A stretch of DNA of 64,000 nt from the NCBI GenBank assembly GCA_050014195.1, contig JBEKDT010000008.1, positions 1-64,000 on the forward strand. The letters run 5' to 3'. This document shows positions 1 to 10,263 of this stretch, piece after piece. The position numbers and the translations under genes are program-made. This stretch comes from Desulfomonilia bacterium (GTDB lineage: Bacteria > Desulfobacterota > Desulfomonilia > UBA1062). Positions within the stretch are counted from its first letter, which is position 1. Every line of letters begins with the position of its first letter. The notes beneath the pieces are model-generated. The model was given only the letters and a program-made list of their open reading frames with translations, made no database searches and had not been told where the DNA came from.

Positions 1-125
1 GATAAGCCCGTGACAAAGCTCTACCGGTCGTGCCTGCCGTTCATCATTATTATGATCATTGCGCTACTTGTGATAACCTACTGTCCCTGGATGAGCCTTG
101 CGCTCATCGAGCACTTCGGCATCCG

Positions 126-563
126 CTAGTTGATGTCCAGAACCTCGATATCAAAGGTGAGCGCCTTGCCTGCAAGGGGATGATTGGCATCCAGCGTGAC
201 CGATTCCTTCTCCACGCCGACAACCACCACAGGGATCTCATCACCGTTTTCATCCACCAGTTTAAGCTGCATTCCCTCCTCTGGGACGATGTCTTCGGGA
301 AAATATTCCAACGGCATCTCCACGACAAGCTCTTCCCGGTGAGGTCCGTAGGCATGCTCAGGGGCTACGGTGAAGGTTTTGAGCTCGCCCACGGCCATGC
401 CCGTGGCTGCGGCTTCAAACCCCTGGATGACCTCGCCGGAACCGATTGTAAAGATGAGTGGCTCCCCGCCGATGGATGTATCGAACTCAAACCCGTCTTC
501 CAATCTGCCCCGGTAGTGAATCTTCACGGTATCGCCCTGCTGGGCGGTTTTGTTGATGAGCAT
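126..563 (-). CDS. FKBP-type peptidyl-prolyl cis-trans isomerase (SlyD/FkpB-like, no His-rich tail)
   Basis: VKIHYRGRLEDGFEFDTS, PLIFTIGSGEVIQGFE and LDANHPLAGKALTFDIEV are FKBP/SlyD signatures. Confidence 0.93.
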   Translation of the reverse strand: MLINKTAQQGDTVKIHYRGRLEDGFEFDTSIGGEPLIFTIGSGEVIQGFEAAATGMAVGELKTFTVAPEHAYGPHREELVVEMPLEYFPEDIVPEEGMQLKLVDENGDEIPVVVVGVEKESVTLDANHPLAGKALTFDIEVLDIN

Positions 564-731
564 TACCCGGCCCCTTTCATATCCGATGCGGATCGCGCCA
601 GGCTACCAGATTCCACATGGCTACGCAAAATAAAAAGGAGGGTATTGCCTGTCCCATGTTGCCCTTGGTTTTCCGGGCTCGGCCATGTATAATGAATAAC
701 GCATTTTCATGACTCAAGGAGGCGTTGTGCC

Positions 732-1445
732 ATGCCGTTAATCGAATATGCCCTTGATGGTAGTGTTGCCGTTCTCACCATGAGCAGCGGCGAGAACAGG
801 TTCAACATGACATTCATACATGATTTTCTTCATGCCATGGATGACATCGAGCAGAACACCGGGGTGGATGCACTGGTTGTGAAGTCCGCCCACGACAAGA
901 TATTTTGTAATGGGATCGATCTTGACTGGCTCAGACCCATTGCCCAGGCAGGGGACGCACCGGCCATCAAAGATTTCTGCTACGCCTTTAACCGTCTCCT
1001 TCGCAGGATACTCCTCTATCCCATGCCCACCATTGCAGCCATCACCGGGCACGCATTTGCCGGCGGGGCCATCATGACCTGCTGTTTCGACTTCCGGTTC
1101 ATGCGCTCCGACAGGGGTTTCTTCTGTTTCCCCGAGGTGGACCTTGGCATCCCCTTCTGGCCTGGCATGGTGGCCATGGTTAAGAAGGCCATTCCCGCCT
1201 ACAAGCTCGATGAGCTCTATTATTTAGGTACGAGGCTTACCGGCAGCCAGTGCGAAGAACACCATATCGTAGTGAAGTCGTACCCCATTGATGAGCTCAT
1301 GCCTGCAGTTATGGCCTTTGCCAAGTCCCTCAAGAAGAACCGGAAATTCTACCTGGCCCAGAAGGAGCGGATGAACGCGCCCATTATTAAGATCATTGAC
1401 GAGGAAGACCCTTTAGTCCTCGATCAGGCGCGGATACAGGCATGA
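732..1445 (+). CDS. Enoyl-CoA hydratase/isomerase family protein
   Basis: FCNGIDL, PTIAAITGHAFAGG and FPEVDLGI crotonase motifs; AAGGAGG RBS upstream. Confidence 0.92.
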   Translation: MPLIEYALDGSVAVLTMSSGENRFNMTFIHDFLHAMDDIEQNTGVDALVVKSAHDKIFCNGIDLDWLRPIAQAGDAPAIKDFCYAFNRLLRRILLYPMPTIAAITGHAFAGGAIMTCCFDFRFMRSDRGFFCFPEVDLGIPFWPGMVAMVKKAIPAYKLDELYYLGTRLTGSQCEEHHIVVKSYPIDELMPAVMAFAKSLKKNRKFYLAQKERMNAPIIKIIDEEDPLVLDQARIQA

Positions 1446-2506
1446 AATACCTTTCTGTCTATGCCGGCAAAAAAGCAATAGAGCTTATCTGTGATGAAGG
1501 GCTCAGGCCCGACATGGTAGAGGTGGTTGCAGGTGCTGCGGGCGGTCCCAAGTGGCTTGTGCTGTGCGGGCTCGACAGGGCGATCTTCACATCCTGGCTT
1601 CTGGAGCGTACAAGCCCGGTCCACCTCATCGGATCTTCAGTGGGTTCGTGGCGGTTTGCAGCCCTGGCCCAGGGTATGGATGCCTATGAGATGTTTCTTA
1701 AGGCCTACCTCCGCCAGACCTACACGACCGTACCTACGGCGCGGATGGTCAGCGCAGAGATCGGGAAGATCCTCGATGCATACCTCGATGATGCCGGCAT
1801 TGAAACCGTTCTCCATCACCCCTATGCAAGGCTCAATATATTGGCCACCAGGTGCTCCTGGCCGGGATCTATGGAACGAAAGTATACGGTGGTCTTATCC
1901 ATGGTGATGGCGGGAATCCTGAACCTTGTGAACAGGAGGCTTTTAAGGCCCTTCTTTTCCCGGACGCTCTTCTATGATGGAAGGGACATCCCGCCTTATT
2001 TCTCTATGGACGGCTTCCCTATAAGGCAGGTGAAGCTTGTCCATGAGAATGTGAGGCAGGCCGTCATGGCCTCGGGCTCCATGCCCGTGATCATGGAGGG
2101 CATTAAAGACATCCCCGGCGCACAGCCCGGCATGTACCGTGATGCAGGTATTATCGACTACCATATTGCCATTCCCTTCCACAGCTCGAAACTCGTGCTC
2201 TTCCCCCACTACATGGAACGCATCACACCGGGGTGGTTTGACAAGATGCTCCCATGGAGAAGGCCTGATGCGAAAGATCTTGAGAATGTCGTGCTGCTCT
2301 GCCCGGGCAAGGCCTTTGTCGAAAGGCTTCCGGGCGGCAAGATCCCCTCTCGTGAAGATTTCAGAAAGTTTTGGAAGCACGATTGCGAACGCATTGCCTT
2401 CTGGAATCAGGTGGTCTCTGCAAGCACGGTGCTTGGCGATGAGTTTATGGAGGTTGTCGAGAAGGACATGATCGCCGAGCATATCAGACCCATCGAGGAA
2501 TTGTAG
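1442..2506 (+). CDS. Patatin-like phospholipase family protein
   Basis: GAAGGPKW Gly-rich loop, GSSVG nucleophile elbow, YRDAG (DGG-like) motif; ATGA overlap with the upstream gene. Confidence 0.82.
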   Translation: MKYLSVYAGKKAIELICDEGLRPDMVEVVAGAAGGPKWLVLCGLDRAIFTSWLLERTSPVHLIGSSVGSWRFAALAQGMDAYEMFLKAYLRQTYTTVPTARMVSAEIGKILDAYLDDAGIETVLHHPYARLNILATRCSWPGSMERKYTVVLSMVMAGILNLVNRRLLRPFFSRTLFYDGRDIPPYFSMDGFPIRQVKLVHENVRQAVMASGSMPVIMEGIKDIPGAQPGMYRDAGIIDYHIAIPFHSSKLVLFPHYMERITPGWFDKMLPWRRPDAKDLENVVLLCPGKAFVERLPGGKIPSREDFRKFWKHDCERIAFWNQVVSASTVLGDEFMEVVEKDMIAEHIRPIEEL

Positions 2507-2604
2507 GAGCGGCTTTAGCCGCGACACCCCGGACGGGTCGCGCCTGAAGGCGCTCCTACATCTCCATAATATGCTGCATGATGTAGGCGTGGCTTTAGCC
2601 GCGA
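2502..2604. repeat. GTAG-type REP doublet (2502-2560) plus a single copy (2582-2604)
   Basis: TGTAGGAGCGGCTTTAGCCGCGA...TCGCGCCTGAAGGCGCTCCTACA inverted pair; second copy TGTAGGCGTGGCTTTAGCCGCGA. Confidence 0.8.
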
Positions 2605-2705
2605 TTCCATTCCATGCTTTTGCTATGCATGTTTGTATGATAAACAGATTATGAGCTAAACGGATACGTTTGTGCCCGCATGTCATGATTTCTTAAGGGG
2701 GTACT

Positions 2706-4265
2706 ATGTCTGATAAGCGTTATATCATCGCCATCGATTCCGGCACACAGAGCATCAGGGCCGTCCTCTTCGACATCGAGGGTAAGGAGCTCGCCATCGA
2801 GCAGAGGTCCTTCGAGCCTTACTTCTCGTTGCATCCGGGCTGGGCCGAGCAGAGTATCGAGGACTACTGGGAAAAGCTTTGCATGGTGACGAACGGCCTC
2901 ATGAAAAAGATCACCATCGACAAGGCCGGAATCGCAGGCGTGGGCATCACCACCCAGCGCGGTACGGTCATCCCGATGGACAAGGACGGCAATGCGCTGA
3001 GGCCCGCCATCATCTGGCTCGACCAGCGTTCCGTTGCCGACCCGCCCCCCCTTGGCGCAATAGGAACAGCGCTCTTCAGCGCGGCAGGTCTGCTGAATGC
3101 CATCAAGTATGCCCAGAAGCACTCCATCTTCCTGTGGATCAATAGGAACGAGCCCGAGATATACAAGAAGACCCACAAGTTCGTCCAGGCCTCAGGCTTC
3201 TTTGTGCGCAAGCTCACGGGCGAGTTCCACGACTCCTCGGGCATGGTCACCGGCATCTGGCCGTTCGAGTACAATAAGCTCAGGTGGCATTCGCTGAATC
3301 TGGCATATACGCCGCTCGGCATTGAAAAAGGACACTGCGTGCAGCTCTTCCGGCCCGATGAGATCCTCGGCCGGATCACGAGGAAGGCATCGGAAGAATC
3401 AGGAATGCCCGAGGGTCTGCCCGTGGTGGTAGGCGCCGGAGACAAGCAGAGCGAGCTCTTGGGAGCCGGCGCCATCGAGCCATCCATTGCGGAGATCAGC
3501 TTCGGAACGGCCACGGCCATGCATGTGCTCACGAGGAAATACATCAACGACAAGGGCATGAGGTTCTTCACCTGGCCCGCTGCCATTCCCAATGCATGGG
3601 ACATCGAGATGTTCATCCACCGGGGCTTCTGGATGGTGACCTGGTTCAAGCAGGAGTTCGGGGCCAGGGAGGCCGTTGAAGCTCAGAAGCGAGGTGTTGC
3701 GCCCGAGGTGATCTTTGACGAGGTCATCCGCACCATACCACCCGGCTCCATGGGACTTGTCCTGCAGCCCTACTGGTCACCCATGGTCTATAACAAGTTC
3801 GCCAAGGGCTCCATGATAGGCTTCGGTGCCGTGCATACCCGCGCCCATATCTACCGTGCCATCCTCGAAGGGATCGGCTTTGAGCTTCGCAGGCTCTCAG
3901 AGGTGGTCCAGGCCAGGATTGGTGTGAAGTTCAAAGAGATCCGTGTGGGCGGCGGCGGCTCCAAAAGCGACTCGGCCGTTCAGATCGCTGCCGATATGTT
4001 CGGTTTGAGTGTCTCACGTATGGAGACTTCAGAGATCTCCGCCCTCGGTGCCGCCATTGACACTGCCGTTGCTACCGGGATGCATAAGACATTCGAGGAT
4101 GCCGTTAAGTCCATGGTGAGAAAGGGCAGGACCTTCGAGCCCAAGGAGCAGAGCAGGAAGATCTACGATGATATGTACAACGATGTGTATAAGAGGCTTT
4201 ACACGGTGCTGGAGCCGGTGAACAGGAAGATCGCTCAGATCACGGGATATCCGCCGGCGGAATAA
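2706..4265 (+). CDS. FGGY-family carbohydrate kinase
   Basis: IAIDSGTQSIRA, GITTQRGT, IIWLDQR, GAGDKQ, YRAILEG and GGGSKS motifs. Confidence 0.93.
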   Translation: MSDKRYIIAIDSGTQSIRAVLFDIEGKELAIEQRSFEPYFSLHPGWAEQSIEDYWEKLCMVTNGLMKKITIDKAGIAGVGITTQRGTVIPMDKDGNALRPAIIWLDQRSVADPPPLGAIGTALFSAAGLLNAIKYAQKHSIFLWINRNEPEIYKKTHKFVQASGFFVRKLTGEFHDSSGMVTGIWPFEYNKLRWHSLNLAYTPLGIEKGHCVQLFRPDEILGRITRKASEESGMPEGLPVVVGAGDKQSELLGAGAIEPSIAEISFGTATAMHVLTRKYINDKGMRFFTWPAAIPNAWDIEMFIHRGFWMVTWFKQEFGAREAVEAQKRGVAPEVIFDEVIRTIPPGSMGLVLQPYWSPMVYNKFAKGSMIGFGAVHTRAHIYRAILEGIGFELRRLSEVVQARIGVKFKEIRVGGGGSKSDSAVQIAADMFGLSVSRMETSEISALGAAIDTAVATGMHKTFEDAVKSMVRKGRTFEPKEQSRKIYDDMYNDVYKRLYTVLEPVNRKIAQITGYPPAE

Positions 4266-4449
4266 AAATATGAGTGATCAGTGACCAGTGATCAGTAAGG
4301 GGCGGGCCTTGTACCCGCACGGCCTATCTATAAATTATAATCGATAGTTAAAAGGCTTCTTTTTACTCGGGGCATTGATTTTTCATCCTTGACATTCATG
4401 AGCACATGTCGCAGAAAGGGATAAAATTGCAATTCCATCATGGAGTGAA

Positions 4450-5916
4450 ATGTTGGGTTCTACTGGGGTTAAATTAGGGCTGCTGATCCTTATCCTTATA
4501 TTTATTCCGTCCTTTGTTTTTGCCGTAACCGCACGGGTCACCTGGAACAAGAACCCTGAGAGCGACATCGCGGGGTACTGGGTATACTACGGGACATCTC
4601 CTTCCAACTACGATCATCTTGTCGGTGTGGGTACAACCCCGAGCATCGACATAACCGGGCTGCAAGCCGGCAAGACCTATTATTTCGCCGTTACTGCCCG
4701 GGATATCAGTGGCAACCAGAGCGGTTTTTCCCAGCAGGTCAGAGTAACCATCCCTGCAGCCGCATCGACAAAGAGTAATACGAGTGGCACCGGCAGCGGA
4801 ACGGGCACAAACTCCGGCACCGGAAGCACCACGGATACAGGCACCAGCACTCTCAGTAGTACGGGCAATAACACAAATACGGGTTCCGCAAGCAGCACTC
4901 TCGGCAGCGCAACAAGCGGCTCGAGTACCGGCACTGGCAGTGAGTACCTCCTCGGGGGCGCGGTTGACCAGATAGGGAAGCTCATAAAAGATATACTGGG
5001 CCTTGGTCCGAATGATCCGCTCTATTCTCTGTCGAGTTCCGGCAGCTCTTCTCTGGTGCCGGCGAGGCAGGTATCCCAAGGCACGATTGCCGCGGATATG
5101 AAGGGGTTCTCTCTGGATAAGGCACAGGGTGCGGGTGATCTTACCGAGAAATATCCGGTGCGCGATGTGATCTTCCAGGCCCTTACGCCCTTTGACCTTA
5201 CGTTAGTCTACCCTGACGGAATATTCTTCTTTTACCCGCTTGACGCAAACTGCCCCGACATCAATGGTGACACGATCACGGTGGATACCCCCGGCTGCTA
5301 CTCATATATGGTCTTTGACGATATGGGCGATGTTGTCCATGTGCTGCGGCTCTCCGTGGCCGAGCAGATATACCGGCTTCAGACCTACATCCCCGCAAAT
5401 ACCCTCCTCCTTGAGGATGAGGTTTTCGGTGTGGCCATCGATATGCCCGTGAGCGCGACCCTCGTTGCCGCACCCATCGCCATCGGATGGGGCGGTGACG
5501 GGCTGTTTTCAGGCTCGACACAGCTTGCCCAGGGTGAGCAGGCTTTCTTCTTCGATATCCTCCCCTACGGCCTGGTCCTCGATGAGCCTGCAACGGTGTC
5601 TGTCCCCTATAAAGTCTCTCAGCCCTCTGTTTTGCGGTACGATGAGAACAACAATACCTGGGTGAGAGTTGAAGATGCAAAAGCCTCAGGCGGGTATGTA
5701 ACCTTCTCCACCCAGGTCCTCGGCCGGTTCAAGGTGACCGACCAGACCCAGGATGAAAGCGGCAAGGGCGGGAACGATCTCTCCAAGATCCGTGAAGACA
5801 CCTGCTTTGTCCAGAGAGCCCGGGGTAAAGACGATCACACCGGGGCCATAGCGCTGGCCTCTGTCCTTGCCGTTCTTGCCTTTGTAATCTTCCGGAACAG
5901 CCGCGTGCGGTTCTGA
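4450..5916 (+). CDS. Secreted fibronectin type III domain surface protein with Ser/Thr/Gly linker and C-terminal Cys-motif/TM anchor
   Basis: Signal peptide; WNKNPESDIAGYWVYYG...YYFAVTARDISGNQS FN3 pattern; C-terminus DTCFV + hydrophobic helix + RNSRVRF. Confidence 0.8.
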   Translation: MLGSTGVKLGLLILILIFIPSFVFAVTARVTWNKNPESDIAGYWVYYGTSPSNYDHLVGVGTTPSIDITGLQAGKTYYFAVTARDISGNQSGFSQQVRVTIPAAASTKSNTSGTGSGTGTNSGTGSTTDTGTSTLSSTGNNTNTGSASSTLGSATSGSSTGTGSEYLLGGAVDQIGKLIKDILGLGPNDPLYSLSSSGSSSLVPARQVSQGTIAADMKGFSLDKAQGAGDLTEKYPVRDVIFQALTPFDLTLVYPDGIFFFYPLDANCPDINGDTITVDTPGCYSYMVFDDMGDVVHVLRLSVAEQIYRLQTYIPANTLLLEDEVFGVAIDMPVSATLVAAPIAIGWGGDGLFSGSTQLAQGEQAFFFDILPYGLVLDEPATVSVPYKVSQPSVLRYDENNNTWVRVEDAKASGGYVTFSTQVLGRFKVTDQTQDESGKGGNDLSKIREDTCFVQRARGKDDHTGAIALASVLAVLAFVIFRNSRVRF

Positions 5917-6033
5917 AACGTAAAAAGCATTTACATTCATGAATTCGAATGGGATCCCCTCCAGGTGAGAAGCGCCCCAAAGGTAAGTGAATCCGCTTCC
6001 GGTTCAGATCTCTCTTTCATGAAATCGGCACCG

Positions 6034-6093
6034 TGGAGGAGCGGCTTCAGCCGCAACATCCGGAATGTGCCGCTTTTTAAAGGCTCTCCTCCA
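6034..6093. repeat. Degenerate REP doublet related to 2502-2560
   Basis: TGGAGGAGCGGCTTCAGCCGC...AAGGCTCTCCTCCA. Confidence 0.6.
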
Positions 6094-6345
6094 AGAGCAG
6101 TCATACCAGGTTGCATCAATCAACCCTGTACCCTCACCCCGATCCAAGGTCCTGAACAAAGTGACGGGGTATCGTAAACAGATCCTTCGCTGCGCTCCTG
6201 AGAAACCTACGGTTACTCACAGAATTTGGAATGCACCTCGTATCACAAGGGACAGGGATGATCTCATAACGGCAGGTAATCCGGATTTGCCCTGCCAAGG
6301 GTTTGCCCGGCGTGGGTGAGGGGAGAGACAAGAACAGTGGTCGAC

Positions 6346-6377
6346 AAAAAAAGAGGGGGTGCCCTGAGGCACCCCCT
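6346..6377 (-). terminator. Intrinsic terminator after the 6407-8023 lipoprotein gene
   Basis: AGGGGGTGCC/GGCACCCCCT stem with an A7 run on + (U-tract on -). Confidence 0.8.
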
Positions 6378-6406
6378 TGGTAGTCGGATTATCTCGATAG
6401 TACGTT

Positions 6407-8023
6407 TTACTCGTTTTGGCTGGGGTATGTCGATTTAACGTTCCCTTGTCCTACCCACAAGAACCAGTGTTCGGAGGACCCGAACCCACCGAGCTGGCTG
6501 AAGTTTGAGGTGAAGACATAACCATTCTGCCAGTAAACGATTGCCGGATTAGCACCGGAGTCGGGGTTCCACAAGTTCAAGGCGAGATCGAACAGGAGGT
6601 CCGAAGCGCCTGAACTGAGCCTGATCTCCCATGCGCCGCTCACATACCCGGTAATCGTCACGCCGGTGCCCCAACCGGAAGTAGTTCCCGAAAGTGACTT
6701 GGCTGTGTCGCCATAGCTGGCTGCCACCAATGCCGGGGTAAGGGTGAGGGCAGTCCCGCCAGTGTTCCATGTACATGCGAAGTCAGTGCCGAGTTCGGAG
6801 TTACTTACAACCGATGAGCGGTCGATGATGTCGACACCGGAAACGTTTGCACTCTTACCACCCGTGCCGGCTGAAGTAAGCACCACGGTGAACGCATCGT
6901 AAATCCTGATGCCGCCCTTCACGGTAAAGGATTGATTCATGGCTTCGTTGAAGTTGAGCACGAAGTTTGCGAATGGCGTTACGGTTGTTGCCGTCGGGGT
7001 GATTACATCACCGTAGACGACTCCGCCGCCGGGCACCGGGCTGGCTGCTGCCGGTCCGCCGGGCACAACGACCGAGGTGATGACCGGGGGTGTTGTATCC
7101 TTGTTCGGGGCAAAGTCAACGGTAAAGGCGGCAGAAACGGTCTCGTTGCAGCCGGGCTGGCATGCAAGTTTTAACCCGATGCAATTTCCCGTACTCTCCT
7201 CAGAACCATTGTAAGAAACATCATAGCCCGTCTTGATGACCTGTACGTAGTAGAATTCGCCGAAGTATCCGGAATTTATAACGAGACCTTGATCGATCGG
7301 AACGACATTGGTGAAGGTATAGGAACCGGTTGTTGCGCCCGCCGTGGCGTATCCCATGAACGTATCGAAGTATAGGCTGCCATTCGAATTGAGCAGGAGC
7401 CTCTTAAAGAGGAGGACCCCATTCGTATCAGCAGCAATGGGCGTGCCGGTACCGGTAGTGCCGGTGCCTGTTACATCGATTGCGGTATTGTCGGTCACGG
7501 TCACGTCGATCGTGGCGGTCGGCTTTGCAACGTCAAAGACAATGGAGCTTGCAAGGTTATTGACCGGCGTGCTTGCACCGCTGCCGCTCTCGGTGAATTT
7601 AGAGTCTTCGTCGGTTCCGTTGTAGCCGTCTCCGAGGTCGCTGTAGTAGACGTAAGCGGGCATGACGGTGGCATAACCGTAGGGGTTGCCGGTAACCGTG
7701 GTGAGGTCGCAGGTTACATTATAGCCCGACGAGCTATCCATGGAGTAGTCTTCTCCGTTGGCAGGGACACCACTAAAAGAGAACGATCCATCCGCACCGG
7801 TTACTACCTTGTGGACACCGCCGCTGTATGCGACAGACACTGTTGCGCCCTTAACGGGCAGGCTTGCACAGAAATCATAAACCGTCCCTGAGATAGAGCC
7901 CGTTGGTGAGAAAACGTTCGGGTTGGGGTTTGTCACCGATGAGCTCTTGTCTCCCTCCGCACAGCCGGCTATAAAGAAACCAAGCATAAGCAATGCGATT
8001 AATACTAGAAACCTCTTAGCCAT
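6407..8023 (-). CDS. Large lipoprotein with carboxypeptidase-regulatory-like/Ig-like beta-sandwich domains
   Basis: Lipobox FIAG-C; GSISGTVYD..PVKGATVSV..TGADGSFSFSGVP; DTTPPVITSV..LNFNEAM Ig-like pattern; GAGGAGG RBS. Confidence 0.75.
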   Translation of the reverse strand: MAKRFLVLIALLMLGFFIAGCAEGDKSSSVTNPNPNVFSPTGSISGTVYDFCASLPVKGATVSVAYSGGVHKVVTGADGSFSFSGVPANGEDYSMDSSSGYNVTCDLTTVTGNPYGYATVMPAYVYYSDLGDGYNGTDEDSKFTESGSGASTPVNNLASSIVFDVAKPTATIDVTVTDNTAIDVTGTGTTGTGTPIAADTNGVLLFKRLLLNSNGSLYFDTFMGYATAGATTGSYTFTNVVPIDQGLVINSGYFGEFYYVQVIKTGYDVSYNGSEESTGNCIGLKLACQPGCNETVSAAFTVDFAPNKDTTPPVITSVVVPGGPAAASPVPGGGVVYGDVITPTATTVTPFANFVLNFNEAMNQSFTVKGGIRIYDAFTVVLTSAGTGGKSANVSGVDIIDRSSVVSNSELGTDFACTWNTGGTALTLTPALVAASYGDTAKSLSGTTSGWGTGVTITGYVSGAWEIRLSSGASDLLFDLALNLWNPDSGANPAIVYWQNGYVFTSNFSQLGGFGSSEHWFLWVGQGNVKSTYPSQNE

Positions 8024-8754
8024 ATCTTCCTCCTCTACTTAATCTTTTTTATTTTTTTGGGACTCGTAAAACCCTTTCACTTACAAAACATCACCAAGCC
8101 ACAGCCACTATTATAGGGGCCTTGTCTCTTTTGTCAACAAAGAAAACAATGATTTTTATGGCCTTTATCCATGGGTGCACAGAGAAAAACCCGAAAGCGC
8201 CTATTTTACTTTGTCGAGATCCGGATATCATGTGCCTGTACAAAACGCTCCCCGCTATAAACAGTGTGAAGTTTAGCAATATATATGCCATCCAAAGAGC
8301 TAATAATAACAATATATTATACCATGCACATCGTGAGCTTTGTTGAATTTATACCACAACGGTCTTACGATGAACACACACACGGCATGGCAATGCCATA
8401 CATCTTCTTGTTGCAGTGATGCATAGACAATGTTCCATCATTGCACGATTCATTATCAAAAAATACACTACCTCGAAGGAATATAGCAAGAATAAATTGA
8501 TGATGTGCGGACGGTGCATCCGGGCTGATTTATCTATTACTGTATCATATGTTTCATAACATAATATTTAAGGTGATACTGAATTCTGTACCTGCGTGAG
8601 AGAGAATAGTCTGTGGTCTGCCCCAGCAAAGGCATGTGGTCAATGCATGTGCTGCAGAGCTGGGCATGCACACACAAATACGGGGCTCACGGTTCCGGGG
8701 AAGGGTTCTTTACTTGCAAAGCGTGGAGAGCTTTGATAATACACCGAAACAAGT

Positions 8755-8842
8755 GCCGGAGTGGTGGAACTGGTAGACGCGTCGGACTCAAAATCCGAAG
8801 GGCCTTGCGCCTGTGGGGGTTCGAGTCCCCCCTCCGGCACCA
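8755..8842 (+). tRNA. tRNA-Leu(CAA)
   Basis: Acceptor stem GCCGGAG/CTCCGGC, anticodon arm TCGGA-CTCAAAA-TCCGA, long variable arm, GTTCGAGTC T-loop, encoded CCA. Confidence 0.97.
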
Positions 8843-9471
8843 GATACATTTCTTGTTTTATGCCCTGATACACGCATTGCAACAACTTCAGACACTCCGG
8901 ACCGGACCATATTCCTCACTGCTGTCCGTCTCAGATCATGGAACAACCGACCAGCTAGATTTACCGATGCAAGGGCTTTCTCCCAGGTAGGCCGGAAGTC
9001 TTTACTCATAGGCATTCCCGTGTGATGATCGAAAAATACATTTTGGCATTCAGAAAAGTTAGTATCACGAATCTTCTTCTGAGCAAGGATAGCATCGAAG
9101 AGCTCGCCATACATATAAACCAACCGGGCCTCACCATTTTTTGTCGATCCCTTCTCAAGAACTATTCGATGAGCCCAGATATCAACCTGATGCCATTGTA
9201 GGCCAAGCAGCTCTCCTCGCCTGATGCCGGTGTAATATGCTGCAATCAAGAGCGGCTTGAGAGAAGATGGCAGGGCATCCCGGACTTTTACATACTCATC
9301 ATACTCAAAGAAACCGGTCCGCACATTGCTTTCCTTCCATGAATCCATGTCGTTTACATCGAGGAGCACACGCCGCCCGTCCCTGATACAAGGAATTTTA
9401 CCGGCCCAGAGCATCTCTCGGATTGCCCAATCAGTTCTACCTATCAGTGGAGCATATCCATCAATCGCCAT
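8843..9471 (-). pseudogene. Tyrosine integrase remnant fused to an excisionase-like HTH fragment
   Basis: YYTGIRRGELLGLQW, TKNG, FHDLRRT and SGHKT motifs; N-terminal arm/core-binding domains and the C-terminal catalytic Tyr are absent. Confidence 0.85.
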
Positions 9472-9591
9472 GTGCCGGATGGGTTAACGGGTGAATAATC
9501 GTCGGTGTGATTCACGCTATAGGCGTTCTGAAGATTGAGTCCGTCACCTTTTTATGACATGATGGGATAATATCGAATCGAGGGAAATGTC

Positions 9592-10128
9592 ATGCCGGAA
9601 GAGATCGAAGATCCGACCGAAAAATTGCATGAAGCGATCCAAGAGGAAGCGCGGGAGGCGAGGGAACAGTGGGTGCTTTGGGTGGCTCTCAGCACGGCCA
9701 TTCTCGCCGTACTTGCCGCCGTGTCTTCGCTCCTGGCGGGCCACCATTCCAATGAAGCCTTGATCGAGCAGATTCAGGCCTCGGATCAATGGGCGTATTA
9801 TCAGGCGAAGGGCGTCAAATCCGTGGTGCTTGAAAGTCGAATCGAAACGCTGCAGGCCCTCGGTAGACAGGCATCTGCCAAAGACCAGGAAAAGGTTGCG
9901 GCCTATAAGCAGGAACAGCAACAGATCGAGGAAATGGCGCGCGAGAAGGAGAAGGCCTCTTCCCTGCATCTGATGGCGCACAACATGCTGGCCAAAGGGG
10001 TCACCGCCTTTCAGATTGCCATTGCTCTCTCGGCGATCTCCGTTCTGACCAGAAGGAAATGGCTGTGGTATGGTGCCGGCGCTTTGGGACTGATCGGTCT
10101 GATCTATTTGGTGCACGGGTTGTTATAA
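9592..10128 (+). CDS. DUF4337-like membrane protein
   Basis: WVALSTAILAVLAA, ASDQWAYYQAKGVK and FQIAIALSAIS pattern. Confidence 0.8.
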   Translation: MPEEIEDPTEKLHEAIQEEAREAREQWVLWVALSTAILAVLAAVSSLLAGHHSNEALIEQIQASDQWAYYQAKGVKSVVLESRIETLQALGRQASAKDQEKVAAYKQEQQQIEEMAREKEKASSLHLMAHNMLAKGVTAFQIAIALSAISVLTRRKWLWYGAGALGLIGLIYLVHGLL

Positions 10129-10263
10129 GGTCACTCAGGAAAGGGATTTCTCGAGCATAAGGCAACCCGTTCTTCCAATGCTTATGAAACATGAACAGAA
10201 TGAATCATAAATATATCGTGCCATGGAATTTGATATGGGAATACTCCAGAGTATAGATTGCAT

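Noticed and set aside
4271-4298. AGTGA(T/C)C heptamer run, and CTTCGTG-type short repeats at about 17600-17650
   Set aside because: Short low-copy intergenic repeats with no associated gene here; too little to support a function.
8787-8842. Split integrase restored on excision
   Set aside because: The frame enters the att core itself, which translates to non-integrase sequence and contains the stop, so circularisation cannot supply the catalytic Tyr.
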